DNA of 64,000 bases from Candidatus Methylomirabilota bacterium. Lineage in GTDB: Bacteria > Acidobacteriota > Thermoanaerobaculia > Thermoanaerobaculales > Sulfomarinibacteraceae. Position numbers and translations under genes: made by a program. Shown here piece after piece: positions 27,742 to 37,320 of the stretch; positions within the stretch are counted from its first letter, which is position 1, and each line of letters starts with the position of its first letter. The notes below the pieces were generated by a model. The model saw nothing but the letters and a program-made list of their open reading frames with translations. It was not told the origin of the DNA and made no database searches. The DNA lies in NCBI GenBank assembly GCA_035464095.1, contig DATHSO010000150.1:56593-120592 (forward strand), read 5' to 3'.

Positions 27742-28822
27742 AGGGCTGGGCGAGCAGGTCGTGGAAGCGGCGGCGCAGGGGGTGGAGGTCGACCTCGCCG
27801 TGGCCCGGGTGGGTGCGGTTGGTGAGAAGGACCGCGATCAGGCGCCGGTGCGGGTCGACCCACAGCGAGGTGCCCGTGAAGCCGGTGTGGCCGAAGGCCT
27901 CCGGCGCCAGGGACGCCCCGGCCGAGCAGCCCGGCGAGGACGCCAGCTGCCAGCCGAGCCCCCGCGCCTGGCCGAGACCGGGGGTGTGGTTCCCGGTTGC
28001 CAGGGCACGCTCCTCGTCGGTGAGGAGGCCACCCCCCGGAAGGTAGACCGAGGCCAGGGCCAGGACATCGAGGGCCCTCCCGAAGAGGCCGGCGTTGCCG
28101 GCGGCCCCGCCCAGGAAACGGGCGTTGCCGTCGTCGGGCAGGCCGGGACCGGTGGCCGGGATCCAGCTCTCGTCGAGGCCGCGCTCGGCGATCAGCCGAT
28201 GCTCCGCCGCCGGGACCCCCGCTCCGGCCGCGACCCGGTCGCCGGGCCGCGGCCCGAAGCCGATGCCGAGGCCGAGGGGGGCGGCGACCGCCTCCGCGAA
28301 CAGGCGGTCGAGGGGTCGGCCGTGAAGCGATTCGAGCGCGAGCCCGAGGGTGATGAAGCCGGGGCACGAGTACACCACCTGCCGCCCGGCCGCTTCCAGG
28401 GGCAGCTCGCCGAGCACCGCCGCGAGCCGCTCCCGCCGACCCCGGCAGAGGGCGTACAGGGGCGCCCAGGCCGGCAGCCCGGAGCTGTGGGTCAGCAGCT
28501 CGAGGACCGAGCGCTCGCCCAGGGGTCGAGCGGCAAGCTCCGGCAGGAGCTGTCCGACCCGGGTGTCCAGGTCGAGACGTCCCCCGCGGCGGGCCAGGAG
28601 CACGAGCGTCGCCGTCGCGAGCGGCTTGGTGAGGGAGGCCAGGTCGAAGACGGTGTCCGCCGTCGCGGGAGCTGGCGGCGGGCCCAGGTCGGCCGTGCCC
28701 GTGGCCACCGTGGACGGCGCCGACTGCCCCAACCCGACCCAGGCCGCGACCGCTCCGGGCGCAAGCCCGGCACGGACGGCGGCGGCGAGCAGCTGGGCGA
28801 CGGCGGTTCGGACCCCGCTCAT
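27740..28822 (-). CDS. serine hydrolase, beta-lactamase/PBP4* family
   Basis: SxxK motif in FDLASLTKPLAT, with family-typical GHTGFTGTSLWVDP. Confidence 0.8.
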   Translation of the reverse strand: MSGVRTAVAQLLAAAVRAGLAPGAVAAWVGLGQSAPSTVATGTADLGPPPAPATADTVFDLASLTKPLATATLVLLARRGGRLDLDTRVGQLLPELAARPLGERSVLELLTHSSGLPAWAPLYALCRGRRERLAAVLGELPLEAAGRQVVYSCPGFITLGLALESLHGRPLDRLFAEAVAAPLGLGIGFGPRPGDRVAAGAGVPAAEHRLIAERGLDESWIPATGPGLPDDGNARFLGGAAGNAGLFGRALDVLALASVYLPGGGLLTDEERALATGNHTPGLGQARGLGWQLASSPGCSAGASLAPEAFGHTGFTGTSLWVDPHRRLIAVLLTNRTHPGHGEVDLHPLRRRFHDLLAQP

Positions 28823-29217
28823 CAGACCTCGACGCCGCGGGCTGGGCGGATCGGGGTCGGGCGCCCGTCCCCGTCCACGTTGACGTAGGTGATCTCGGCC
28901 TCGGTGACGTCGACGATCCTCTGGCGGTCGAAGCGGCGGGCGGCCCGGACGCGAACCCTGACGGTGACCGAGGTGCGCCCGGTGCGCACGTGCTCGGTGT
29001 AGAAGGAGACCAGGTCGCCGACGAGGACCGGCTCGTGGAAGACCACCCGGTTCATGGCCACGGTGACCACCCGGAGGGCGCCCTGGCAGATGGCCTCCTC
29101 GGAGCCCGCCTGATCGATGTACGACAGGATCACGCCGCCGAAGATGGTGCCCGAGGCGTTGGTGTCCCTGGGCATCATGAGCGCCCGGATCTTGGGCTGG
29201 AGTTCATGACCGTCCAC
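28822..29217 (-). CDS. acyl-CoA thioesterase (hotdog fold)
   Basis: Motifs MPRDTNASGTIFGGVILSYIDQAG and VTVAMNRVVFHEPV. Confidence 0.8.
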   Translation of the reverse strand: MDGHELQPKIRALMMPRDTNASGTIFGGVILSYIDQAGSEEAICQGALRVVTVAMNRVVFHEPVLVGDLVSFYTEHVRTGRTSVTVRVRVRAARRFDRQRIVDVTEAEITYVNVDGDGRPTPIRPARGVEV

Positions 29218-29239
29218 CTTGGCCTCCTCCGCGCCGCGG

Positions 29240-31465
29240 CTATTCCAGATAGCCGAGGGCCTTCAATTGCTCTCGCGTCTCGGAATCGATCCTGGTTCGC
29301 TCTCCCAACCGATCCGTCAGGAGGGCGTGGTCCAGCTGGGCCAGCAGCCACCCCGTTCGCACCGGAGCCGAGGACGCCAGGTTCCGGGACTCGCCGGGAT
29401 CGTCGGGCAGCCGGTAGAGCTCGGTCCCGGTCCCGAAGGCGCCCGAAAGGGGCTCGATCAGCTTCCAGCCGTCCCGGATGGCGGCGGCTCCGGTGCGGCC
29501 CCAGTAGTCCAGGTAGGCGAGCACGGCGCGCGACGGCACGTCCCGGGGATGGCCGTCGCCGCCGAGCAGGACCGCGCCCGGAAGCTCGGCGGCGCCCTCG
29601 ACCCCGGCCAGGCTGAGCAGGGTCGGCAGCAGGTCGATGTGCTGGACGGTGGCATCCACGCGCCGGCCCCCTCCGACGCCGCCGGGCAGCCGCACGACCA
29701 GGGGCACCGCCAGCACCTCGTGGTAGAGGTCGAGCCCGTGGGTGAAGGTGCCGTGCTCCCCGAAGGCCTCGCCGTGGTCCGAGGTGAAGACGACCACGCT
29801 GCGGTCGAGCTCGCCCCGGCCTGCCAGCTCGTCGAGGAGCCGACCGAAGCTGGCGTCGTTTGCCGCCACCTCGCCGTCGTAGAGGGCGCGCAGGTCCCGG
29901 GTGAGGTCCGGGCTCGGGTCCACGGTGCCCAGCACCAGGCCGCGAACGGTCTCCACCTCCCCCACCGAGGGGTCGGCCACCTCCCCGGCGAAGCGCTCGA
30001 GGTACGGCGGCGGCGGCGCGTAGGGGGCGTGGGGGTCGATGGTGTGAACATAAAGGAAGAACGGCCGGCCGTCGTCCGGCAGCCCGTCGAGCCAGGCGGT
30101 GACGCGCTCGTGCAGGACCTCCGAGCGGCCCCGGCTGTGCTCGATGAACTCGAAGTGGTCGAAGCCGCGGGCGAAGCCGAAGGGCCGGCCCACGTAGGCG
30201 TTGGCGACGATGGCGGCGGTGCGGTAACCCGCGTCGTGCAGGCGCTCCGGCAGGGTCTGAAGGTCCTCGGGGAGCCGGTCGTCGGGGCCGTTGACGCCGT
30301 GCTCGCGCGGCCACAGGCCGGTGAAGATCGAGGCCACCGCGGCCTTGGTCCACGACGACTGGGCGATGGCGTCGGTGAAGACGACGCTGTCGACGGCCAT
30401 GGCGTCGAGGTGGGGCGACAGGGGGCGCTCGCAGCCGTACACCCCGAGATGGTCGGCCCGCAACGCGTCCACGAGGTAGACCACGAGGTTCGGCCGTGGC
30501 TCGACCGGCGCCGGAGGGCTCGTCGCGGCGGTTTCGGCCACCGCCTCCCCCACCCCCGGGGCCCGGACCAGGGGGGCCACGAGCCGGACGCCGGTAGCGC
30601 TGCCGCCATCGCCGGGAACGACGTGCAAACGTATTTTTTTCAATGACTTGATGTCACCGAGCGGAACCTCGAACGGCGCGCCGTCGCAGCGCCCCACGAC
30701 GGTCGGGGCGTCACCGGCGCCGTCGTCCAGAACGGACACTGCAACCGCCGCTGACCCCGATCCGAGGAGCTCACAGCGTCCGACCTCGAGCACGGATCGC
30801 GGCGGCGGCTCGACGAAGTGGTCGGCCCAGGCTCCTGCCGGCAGCTCGACGGCGCCGTCGGCGACCCGGACCGGCGTCGGGTCGACGCCGGCCAGCCGGA
30901 TCCGATCCCAGGCCACCGCCAGCTGCCGCCGGTCGTCCGAGCCCGGTACCACCGCCGCCGGAGCATCGAACCGGCGATAGCGGGCCACCAGGGTGTTCCG
31001 CCCCTCGACCTGGGCCGAGGCCGGCAGCACGACCCGGTACTCGGCAGGTCCGGTCGCCAGGGTCAGCTCCGCCACCGGGTGGGAGTTGAGCTCGAGGGAC
31101 ACGACCTGGGGCTTTGCGCCGGGAAACAGGAACGGACGGCAGCGGATCTCGAGCTCGAGATCGCGCCGCCAGCCCAGGTGGAAGCTCAGCTCGGAGAGCG
31201 GCCCGTCGCTCCAGACGAAGGTCTCGCCGCTGTCCCGAGCGCGCTCGTCGTGGAACCACCCGCGGCCCAGGTGGCGCCGCGCCGACGGCGTGCCCAGGTC
31301 GATCCCGGTCGGCTCCACCGCGATCAGGACCGCTGACGGATCGGCCGTGAGATCAGCCAGGACCGACCGCGGCTCGCTGCCGCAGCCGACCCCGACGGCG
31401 GCAGCGAGGGCGAGCAGGGCGATGGGGCCCGGCGCCGGTCGGCGGCGAGCGCGCCCCGGGCTCAT
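29240..31465 (-). CDS. sulfatase-like hydrolase/transferase lipoprotein (alkaline-phosphatase superfamily) with a large unknown N-terminal domain
   Basis: Lipobox LAAAVGVGC at the N-terminus. Motifs NLVVYLVDALRADHLG, and SSWTKAAVASIFTG where the canonical C/SxPxR would be expected. ATG 31465 overlaps the scpB stop. Confidence 0.7.
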   Translation of the reverse strand: MSPGRARRRPAPGPIALLALAAAVGVGCGSEPRSVLADLTADPSAVLIAVEPTGIDLGTPSARRHLGRGWFHDERARDSGETFVWSDGPLSELSFHLGWRRDLELEIRCRPFLFPGAKPQVVSLELNSHPVAELTLATGPAEYRVVLPASAQVEGRNTLVARYRRFDAPAAVVPGSDDRRQLAVAWDRIRLAGVDPTPVRVADGAVELPAGAWADHFVEPPPRSVLEVGRCELLGSGSAAVAVSVLDDGAGDAPTVVGRCDGAPFEVPLGDIKSLKKIRLHVVPGDGGSATGVRLVAPLVRAPGVGEAVAETAATSPPAPVEPRPNLVVYLVDALRADHLGVYGCERPLSPHLDAMAVDSVVFTDAIAQSSWTKAAVASIFTGLWPREHGVNGPDDRLPEDLQTLPERLHDAGYRTAAIVANAYVGRPFGFARGFDHFEFIEHSRGRSEVLHERVTAWLDGLPDDGRPFFLYVHTIDPHAPYAPPPPYLERFAGEVADPSVGEVETVRGLVLGTVDPSPDLTRDLRALYDGEVAANDASFGRLLDELAGRGELDRSVVVFTSDHGEAFGEHGTFTHGLDLYHEVLAVPLVVRLPGGVGGGRRVDATVQHIDLLPTLLSLAGVEGAAELPGAVLLGGDGHPRDVPSRAVLAYLDYWGRTGAAAIRDGWKLIEPLSGAFGTGTELYRLPDDPGESRNLASSAPVRTGWLLAQLDHALLTDRLGERTRIDSETREQLKALGYLE

Positions 31466-32025
31466 GCCTCGGCCGCCACCTCGGCCTCGGCCGCCACGCC
31501 GACCTCGACCAGCTCCTCGGGGTCGGGCAGGTCCTCGGCCCTGTCGAGGCCGAAGTGGAGCAGAAACTCCTGGGTCGTGCGGTAGAGGAAGGGCTTGCCC
31601 ACGACCTTCTTGCGGCCGGCGAGGCGGATCAGTCGGCGCTCGAGGAGGGTCCTGGTGACCGTCGACGAGTTGGCGCCGCGGATGAAGTTGATCTCGGGCA
31701 GGGTCACCGGCTGGCGGTGGGCGACGATGGCGAGCACCTCGAGGGCGGCCTGGGACAGGCGCTGGCGGCTCGCGATGCCGTGGAAGGCGCGCAGGACGTG
31801 GTCGAGCTGGGGCGGAGTGACGCACCGCCAGCCGCCCGCGGTGCGCTCGACACGGATCCCCCGGCCGTCGGCGTCGCAGGCCGAGGCGAAGGCGGCGATG
31901 GCCTCCTCGACCTCCGCCTCCCCGGCCTCGCGATCCACGGCCAAGGAGACGGCACCCGCGGTCACCGGTCCCCTGGAGGTGAGCAGCACCGCCTCGACCA
32001 CCGCGGCGAGGGTGTCACGATCCAC
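31462..32025 (-). CDS. scpB: segregation and condensation protein B
   Basis: Motifs LAAVVEAVLLTSRGPV, LEVLAIVAHRQPVT and GRKKVVGKPFLYRTT. The GTG start lies just after the scpA stop. Confidence 0.88.
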   Translation of the reverse strand: MDRDTLAAVVEAVLLTSRGPVTAGAVSLAVDREAGEAEVEEAIAAFASACDADGRGIRVERTAGGWRCVTPPQLDHVLRAFHGIASRQRLSQAALEVLAIVAHRQPVTLPEINFIRGANSSTVTRTLLERRLIRLAGRKKVVGKPFLYRTTQEFLLHFGLDRAEDLPDPEELVEVGVAAEAEVAAEA

Positions 32026-32812
32026 CGTCGGCCTCCTCGTCGGCCCTTCGCAGGGCCTCGACATCCAGGGCTCGGTCGCCCCGCCGCAGGTAGATCTCGG
32101 CGAAGGCCAGGCGCTGCTCGGCTCGGGCCGCACCCAGGCGCACCAGCTCGAGGGCGGCGACGAACAGCACGACCACCTCCTCGGGGTCGGGTCGGGCGTG
32201 GAGGTGGCGCAGCAGCGGCACCAGGTCGTCGTGGACGATGCGGTCGTAGATCTCGCGCATGGTGTCCCGCACGTTGTAGCGCAGGGGCAGGACCTTCAAC
32301 GGCGGCGGGTGGCTCGCGGCGAAGCGCTGCATCACCCGCAGGTAGGTCTCGGCGAGGAGGCGCAGGTCCACCTCCTCCCAGTCCAGCTCCACCTCGTCGT
32401 CGCCGAGCTCGGGCCGGACCCCCGCCGGCCACACGCAGCGACGGACCAGGTCCTTGTCGTGGAGGATCGAGGCCAGCTCCTTGACCCGGCGGTAGGCGAG
32501 CAGTCGCTCCACCAGCTCCTCGCGGGGGTCGCCCTCCTCCTCCACCGCCCGCGGCAGGAGCATGCGCGACTTGAGCTGGAGCAGCCAGGCCGCCATCCAC
32601 AGGAAGTCGCCGGCGATCTCCAGGTCGAGGTCGGCCATCGCCCGCAGGTGGGCGTGGTACTGCTCGCAGATGCTGACGATCGGGATGTCGTAGATCGAGA
32701 CCTCGTTGGCGCGGATCAGGTGCAGCAGGAGGTCCAGGGGGCCGGTGAAGACCGGCAGCTCCACGGGCGGCCCGAGGAGCGCCTCTTCGACGAGATCGGG
32801 ATTCACTTCCAC
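32015..32812 (-). CDS. scpA: segregation and condensation protein A
   Basis: Motif FTGPLDLLLHLIRANEVSIYDIPI. Confidence 0.88.
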   Translation of the reverse strand: MEVNPDLVEEALLGPPVELPVFTGPLDLLLHLIRANEVSIYDIPIVSICEQYHAHLRAMADLDLEIAGDFLWMAAWLLQLKSRMLLPRAVEEEGDPREELVERLLAYRRVKELASILHDKDLVRRCVWPAGVRPELGDDEVELDWEEVDLRLLAETYLRVMQRFAASHPPPLKVLPLRYNVRDTMREIYDRIVHDDLVPLLRHLHARPDPEEVVVLFVAALELVRLGAARAEQRLAFAEIYLRRGDRALDVEALRRADEEADGGS

Positions 32813-32866
32813 GGCGGGAGTATACCCGGGCCGGCTGCGCCCCCGAATGCCACCTGCACTCTTCCA

Positions 32867-32971
32867 CCCCTCTCCTTCTCTCTCTCCCTCTCCCTTTCCG
32901 TCTCCCTTCGCGGGCGGGCTGGTTATCGCAAGGGAGAGGGAGAGAGAGAAGGAGAAGGAGCGGGAGAGGGG
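32867..32971. repeat. CT-rich / GA-rich inverted-repeat hairpin (element E3)
   Basis: Left arm CCCCTCTCCTTCTCTCTCTCCCTCTCCCTTTCCGTCTCCCT 32867..32907 and right arm AGGGAGAGGGAGAGAGAGAAGGAGAAGGAGCGGGAGAGGGG 32931..32971. The 23-nt loop contains TTATCGCAAGG. Confidence 0.9.
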
Positions 32972-32986
32972 AACGGGCGGAGCCCG

Positions 32987-33583
32987 TTACCACTCGACCG
33001 GGACGGTGCGGGGCTTGCCGCCGAAGCGCGAGACCATGACGCAGCGGTTGCGCTTGCCGAAGTCGTAGAGGTCGCGGGTGACCCTGACGTCCTCGCGGCA
33101 GTACTCGACGATCTTGTCGATCTCGCCGAGCCGCCACCAGTCGAGGGCCTGGAGCCCGTCCGCGGTCTTGCCGCAGCCGAGGCTCGGCAACGCCACGCTT
33201 TCCAGCTTGGGCCGGAAGCCGAGGCGATCCTCGAGGTCCGCCATCAGGTCGAAGGTCGGCAGCAGCTGCAGGTCGACGTCGGTGTAACCCCGCAGCACCT
33301 GGTAGTCGAAGCCCCGGATGTTGTAGCCGACCACGAGGTCGGCGCGCCGCAGCAGCTCGACGAGCTCGCCGACGGTGTCCTCGGTGTAGACCAGGAACTC
33401 GTCGGTGTCGTAGCGGTAGGCGACGCCCACCGACACCCCGAGGCGGTGCAGCTGGCTGCGCCCTCCGACCTCGTCGAAGGAGCGCTGGGTCTCGAGGTCG
33501 AAGACCACCACCAGACGGTCGGCGCCGACCTCGCGCTGCGGGTTGTCGTCGAAGAGGCCCATCTGGCCGTCCCAGATCTCCAC
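32987..33583 (-). CDS. RNase H-like / DEDD-type 3'-5' exonuclease domain protein
   Basis: Motifs VVVFDLETQ, GYNIRGFDYQVL and EYCREDVRVTRDLY. Confidence 0.65.
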   Translation of the reverse strand: MEIWDGQMGLFDDNPQREVGADRLVVVFDLETQRSFDEVGGRSQLHRLGVSVGVAYRYDTDEFLVYTEDTVGELVELLRRADLVVGYNIRGFDYQVLRGYTDVDLQLLPTFDLMADLEDRLGFRPKLESVALPSLGCGKTADGLQALDWWRLGEIDKIVEYCREDVRVTRDLYDFGKRNRCVMVSRFGGKPRTVPVEW

Positions 33584-33650
33584 GCTGCCTTCCCTCCCGG
33601 GCGCTGCCCGGGGGAGCTTAGCACGGGCCGCCGGAGTTCCCCCGGCGTCG

Positions 33651-35654
33651 TCAGGGAAGGCCGCTGAGCCTGCGGACCGTGGCGAGGAGGTCGTCGGCGT
33701 CGAGCTGGGACTTGACGAACCAGGCGTCCGCGCCCGCCGACAGCCCGGACAGGCGCGCAGCCGGGCCGCTGCCGGTGGAGACCACCACCACCGGCAGCTC
33801 CGACCAGCGCCCGTTCCCGCGGATCCGCCGGATCAGCGCGAGGCCGTCCTGGTCGGGCATCTCCACGTCGGTGACGACACAGTCGAAGGCCTCCTCACCG
33901 AGGCGGGACAGTGCTCCCGGCACCGAGGCCTCGGCCGCCACCTGGAAGCCCCCGTCCTCCAGGAGCCGGCGCAGCATCTCGCGGCTCGCCCGGGTGTCCT
34001 CGACGAGCAGCACCCTCGGAACCCTTCGGAGCTCCTCGCTCTGGGTGCCATCGTCCAGGTTCAGGGGTCCGAGGCGCTGGAGCTCGAGCACGGCCACCGG
34101 GCGGCCGCTGGCCAGCAGCGCCACCCCCTCGACCTGGACCGGCGCCCCGGCCGCCGCCGGAATCGGCCGGACGAAGACCTCCTCCTCGCCGACGACCGCG
34201 TCGACCACCACGGCGAGGGACGCGCCGCCGATGTTGGTCTCGACGACGACCGGGCTTCGGACCGGCTCGGTGCCGGCGAAGCCGGCCAGAAAGACGGCGT
34301 TGACCGCGCCGCCGCCGCGGCGGATCCTGACCCGGCCGTCCTCACGCACGACCTGCTCGGGCCGCAGGCGGCCGAAGGTGCGCACCGCCGCCGCCGGCAG
34401 GGCCAGCTCCAGGTCGCCGACCCGGACCACGAGCAGCCGCTCGCCGCGACGAGTGACCGGCAGCTCGACGGTGACGGTGGTGCCCCGGCCCGGCTCGGAG
34501 CGGATCCAGAGGTCGCCGCCGACGCTGCGGATGGCCGTCGCGACGGCGTCCATCCCCACGCCGCGTCCGGACAGCTCGGTGGCCCGGTCGCGGGTGGTGA
34601 AGCCGGGCAGCTCGAGCAGCTGGTAGGCCTCGTCGGCGGTGAGCCGCGCGGCCGTCGCCGGCTCGACCAGACCCCTCTCAACCGCCAGCTCGACGATCCG
34701 GGCGGGGTCGATGCCCCGGCCGTCGTCGGCCACCGTCAGCCGGACCCGGTCGCCCCGGGCCGCCGCCTCGATTCGAATCCTGCCCACCGGCTCCTTACCG
34801 GCCCGCTCGCGCTCCCCGGTGCTCTCCAGGCCGTGGTCGACGGCGTTGCGGACCAGGTGCAGGGAGGCCTCCCGGATCGCCTCGAGGATCCGCCGGTCAA
34901 GTTGGACGTCGCCGCCCGAGGTGCCGATCACCACCTCCTTGTCGAGGGATCGGGCAAGATCACGGGTGTGGCGCGCCAGGGTTCTGAGGAAGGGGCGCAG
35001 CGGCTGGACCTGGAGGCGCAGCAGCGCGTCGAGCTGCTGCTCGCTGAGCTTCCCGGCACTCCGGCCGAGGCGCTCCAGCTCGAGGGCGGCCTGCTGCAAC
35101 GAGGTCGCGAGCTCGGTCAGGGCGCGCCGGCTCTCACCCTCGCCCACCGCCCGGCCGGCGCCCCGCGCCAGCTCGAACAACCGGTCGGCGAGGGCTCCGG
35201 TGGCCGACGCCGACAGCCGCAGCCTCGTGCTGCGCTCGGCCAGGCCGTCCACGATCCGGTTCGCCACCCGCATCTCGCCCGAACCGCCGCGAATCTCCGA
35301 GCCCCGGCGGCGGCCCCGCGGCCTCGGCGCTCCCGGGGGGGCCGGCCCGGCCGCACCTACCTCATCCCGGAGGTCGTCGACGACCTCGGCCAGGCGCTCG
35401 CCGAGCTCCCGCGCCGCCTCGAGGTCGGCGCCCTCCTCCCCCACCAGGCAGTCCTCGGTCCGGTGGCAGAGCTCGGCGACCTCGTCGAGCCCCATCATCC
35501 GGGCGGCGCCCTTGACGGCGTGGAGCTCCCGACGCGCCTGGACCGCCGCACCGGGATCGTCGCCGGCGCGGACCAGGAGCCCCGAGAGCCGCTCGAGCCG
35601 GGCCCCGGCCTCCTCGAGGAACATGGGCAGCAGGTCCCCGAGCTCGTCGGTCAC
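33651..35654 (-). CDS. cheA: chemotaxis histidine kinase CheA with C-terminal receiver domain
   Basis: HPt motif ELHAVKGAARMMG, HATPase motifs HLVRNAVDHG, DDGRGID and GRGVGMD, a CheW-like P5 domain, then REC (VLLVEDT...DVEMPDQDG). GTG at 35654 follows the MCP stop; the long N-terminal extension in the ORF track is rejected. Confidence 0.85.
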   Translation of the reverse strand: MTDELGDLLPMFLEEAGARLERLSGLLVRAGDDPGAAVQARRELHAVKGAARMMGLDEVAELCHRTEDCLVGEEGADLEAARELGERLAEVVDDLRDEVGAAGPAPPGAPRPRGRRRGSEIRGGSGEMRVANRIVDGLAERSTRLRLSASATGALADRLFELARGAGRAVGEGESRRALTELATSLQQAALELERLGRSAGKLSEQQLDALLRLQVQPLRPFLRTLARHTRDLARSLDKEVVIGTSGGDVQLDRRILEAIREASLHLVRNAVDHGLESTGERERAGKEPVGRIRIEAAARGDRVRLTVADDGRGIDPARIVELAVERGLVEPATAARLTADEAYQLLELPGFTTRDRATELSGRGVGMDAVATAIRSVGGDLWIRSEPGRGTTVTVELPVTRRGERLLVVRVGDLELALPAAAVRTFGRLRPEQVVREDGRVRIRRGGGAVNAVFLAGFAGTEPVRSPVVVETNIGGASLAVVVDAVVGEEEVFVRPIPAAAGAPVQVEGVALLASGRPVAVLELQRLGPLNLDDGTQSEELRRVPRVLLVEDTRASREMLRRLLEDGGFQVAAEASVPGALSRLGEEAFDCVVTDVEMPDQDGLALIRRIRGNGRWSELPVVVVSTGSGPAARLSGLSAGADAWFVKSQLDADDLLATVRRLSGLP

Positions 35655-35674
35655 CGGCCGCCCGCCCCCACCCT

Positions 35675-37318
35675 TCAGATCCTCGTCCACGAGCGCACGT
35701 TGACGTCGACCCCGAGGGTGCCGAGCGTGGCGCCCTCGCGGTCGTGGACCGCGGCGGCGACCGTGAAGCAGCGCTCGCCGGTGAGCAGGGAGCCGTAGGG
35801 CGACGTGACCGCGGGCCGCTCGTCCCGCTTGACGGCCAGGAACCACGGGCGGTCGGCGTAGGCCTGGCCCACTGCCAGCGTCCCGGTGAGCCGCTGCTCG
35901 TCGACGACCTGCGGGTTGACCTCGAAGGCGACCATCGTGCCCGACGGGTCGACCAGGTAGGCCAGCTCGATGTACGGGAAGTCGCGGACGATGGTGGCGA
36001 GCACGCCCTCCACTGCCTCCAGGTTGGACGTGGCGTCCCGCAGCCGGTCGCTCCAGCCGAGCACCTGGTGCTTGAGAGAGTGCACCGAGTCGATGCGGAA
36101 GCTCTGGGTCAGCAGCTGGATGGACAGGGCGAGGTCGTCGAGGCGCTCGGCCGAGGCGCTGAACTGGCGGAAGCCGTCCGCGGTGCGCTGGACGAGCTCG
36201 GCCACCTGTCGCAGGGTGAGCACCACCTGGTCGGAGGCGGTGCGCTGCTCGTCGGTTGCCAGGGAGATGTCGCTGGCGGTGCGGGCGGTGTCGTCGAGGG
36301 CGGTGCGCAGCTGCTCGATGGCGCTCTGGGTGGAGCGGCTCAGCTCGAGGACCTGGTCGGCCGCCTTGCTGCCCTGCTCGGTGGCCACCACCACCGACCG
36401 GATGCCGCCCGAGAACTCGTCCAGGAGCTTGCGCACCGAGTCCACCGACTCCCTGGAGCGCTCGGCGAGGCGCCTCACCTCCTCCGCCACCACCCCGAAG
36501 CGCGCGCCGTGCTCGCCCGCCGCCGACGCCTCGATGGCGGCGTTGAGGGCCAGGATGTGGGTCTCCTGGGCGATCTCGGTGATCAGGTCGAGGACCCGGT
36601 AGATCTCCCGCGACCGCTCGCCCAGGACGTCGGCTCGGTCGGCGATCACCTCGATGCCCTGCCGGAGGGCTCCGGCGCTCTCCACCGCCCGTTCCAGAGC
36701 CCGGGCCCCGGCGTTGCCGGCCTCCCGAGCCCGATCCGCCAGGTCGGCCTGGGCGACGGCGTTGGTGGCGATCTGCCCGGCGGTGCGCGCGAGCTCCTCG
36801 GTGGTGGCCGTGATCTCCACCACCGCCGCAGCCTGGTGCGAGGCCCCGTCCACGAGCTCGGCGGAGGTGCTGTGGACCGTGCCCGCCGACGTGGCCACGT
36901 CCACCGAGGCGTTCTGGATCTGCTTGAGCAGGGTCGCCATGGCGTGGGCCGCCGCGTCGACCGCGGCCTGCATGGCCTCGGGCAGCTTCGCGGCGGGCTC
37001 CAGACAGCCCACCAGGTCGCCGAAGCGGATCTCGTCGAGGGAGTTCCGCAGGGCCGAGCACTGCTCGTCGTGGCGCCGGAGCAGCTCGTCGTGGGCGCGC
37101 TCGAGGCGGACCCGCGGCAGGGACGACAGGAGCAGGTGCGCGATGACCGCAGTCAGCCCGATCACGGCCCAGGCGCGGAAAGGCCAGGGGTTCGCGCCGT
37201 CGTCGGACACGAGCTCGATGACCACGGCTCCGGCGAGGACGACTGCCACCAGGACGACCATGCCGAGCCAACGGCGGAGGGTCGAGGGGCGTGGGACAGG
37301 CTCCATCGTGCGCTCCAT
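35675..37318 (-). CDS. methyl-accepting chemotaxis protein with cytoplasmic C-terminal Cache-like domain
   Basis: Two N-terminal TM helices with almost no loop between them. MA-domain hairpin core EIAQETHILALNAAIEASAAGEHGARFGVVAEEVRRLAERS. C-terminal YADRPWF...VTSPY...LGTLGVDVNV is Cache_1-like. Confidence 0.8.
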   Translation of the reverse strand: MERTMEPVPRPSTLRRWLGMVVLVAVVLAGAVVIELVSDDGANPWPFRAWAVIGLTAVIAHLLLSSLPRVRLERAHDELLRRHDEQCSALRNSLDEIRFGDLVGCLEPAAKLPEAMQAAVDAAAHAMATLLKQIQNASVDVATSAGTVHSTSAELVDGASHQAAAVVEITATTEELARTAGQIATNAVAQADLADRAREAGNAGARALERAVESAGALRQGIEVIADRADVLGERSREIYRVLDLITEIAQETHILALNAAIEASAAGEHGARFGVVAEEVRRLAERSRESVDSVRKLLDEFSGGIRSVVVATEQGSKAADQVLELSRSTQSAIEQLRTALDDTARTASDISLATDEQRTASDQVVLTLRQVAELVQRTADGFRQFSASAERLDDLALSIQLLTQSFRIDSVHSLKHQVLGWSDRLRDATSNLEAVEGVLATIVRDFPYIELAYLVDPSGTMVAFEVNPQVVDEQRLTGTLAVGQAYADRPWFLAVKRDERPAVTSPYGSLLTGERCFTVAAAVHDREGATLGTLGVDVNVRSWTRI

Positions 37319-37320
37319 TC

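Noticed and set aside
33651-37271. 1206-aa version of the CheA ORF extending 540 codons upstream
   Set aside because: The N-terminal extension overlaps the MCP gene in another frame and is Arg/Pro/Gly-rich. The HPt domain begins right after GTG 35654, which follows the MCP stop.
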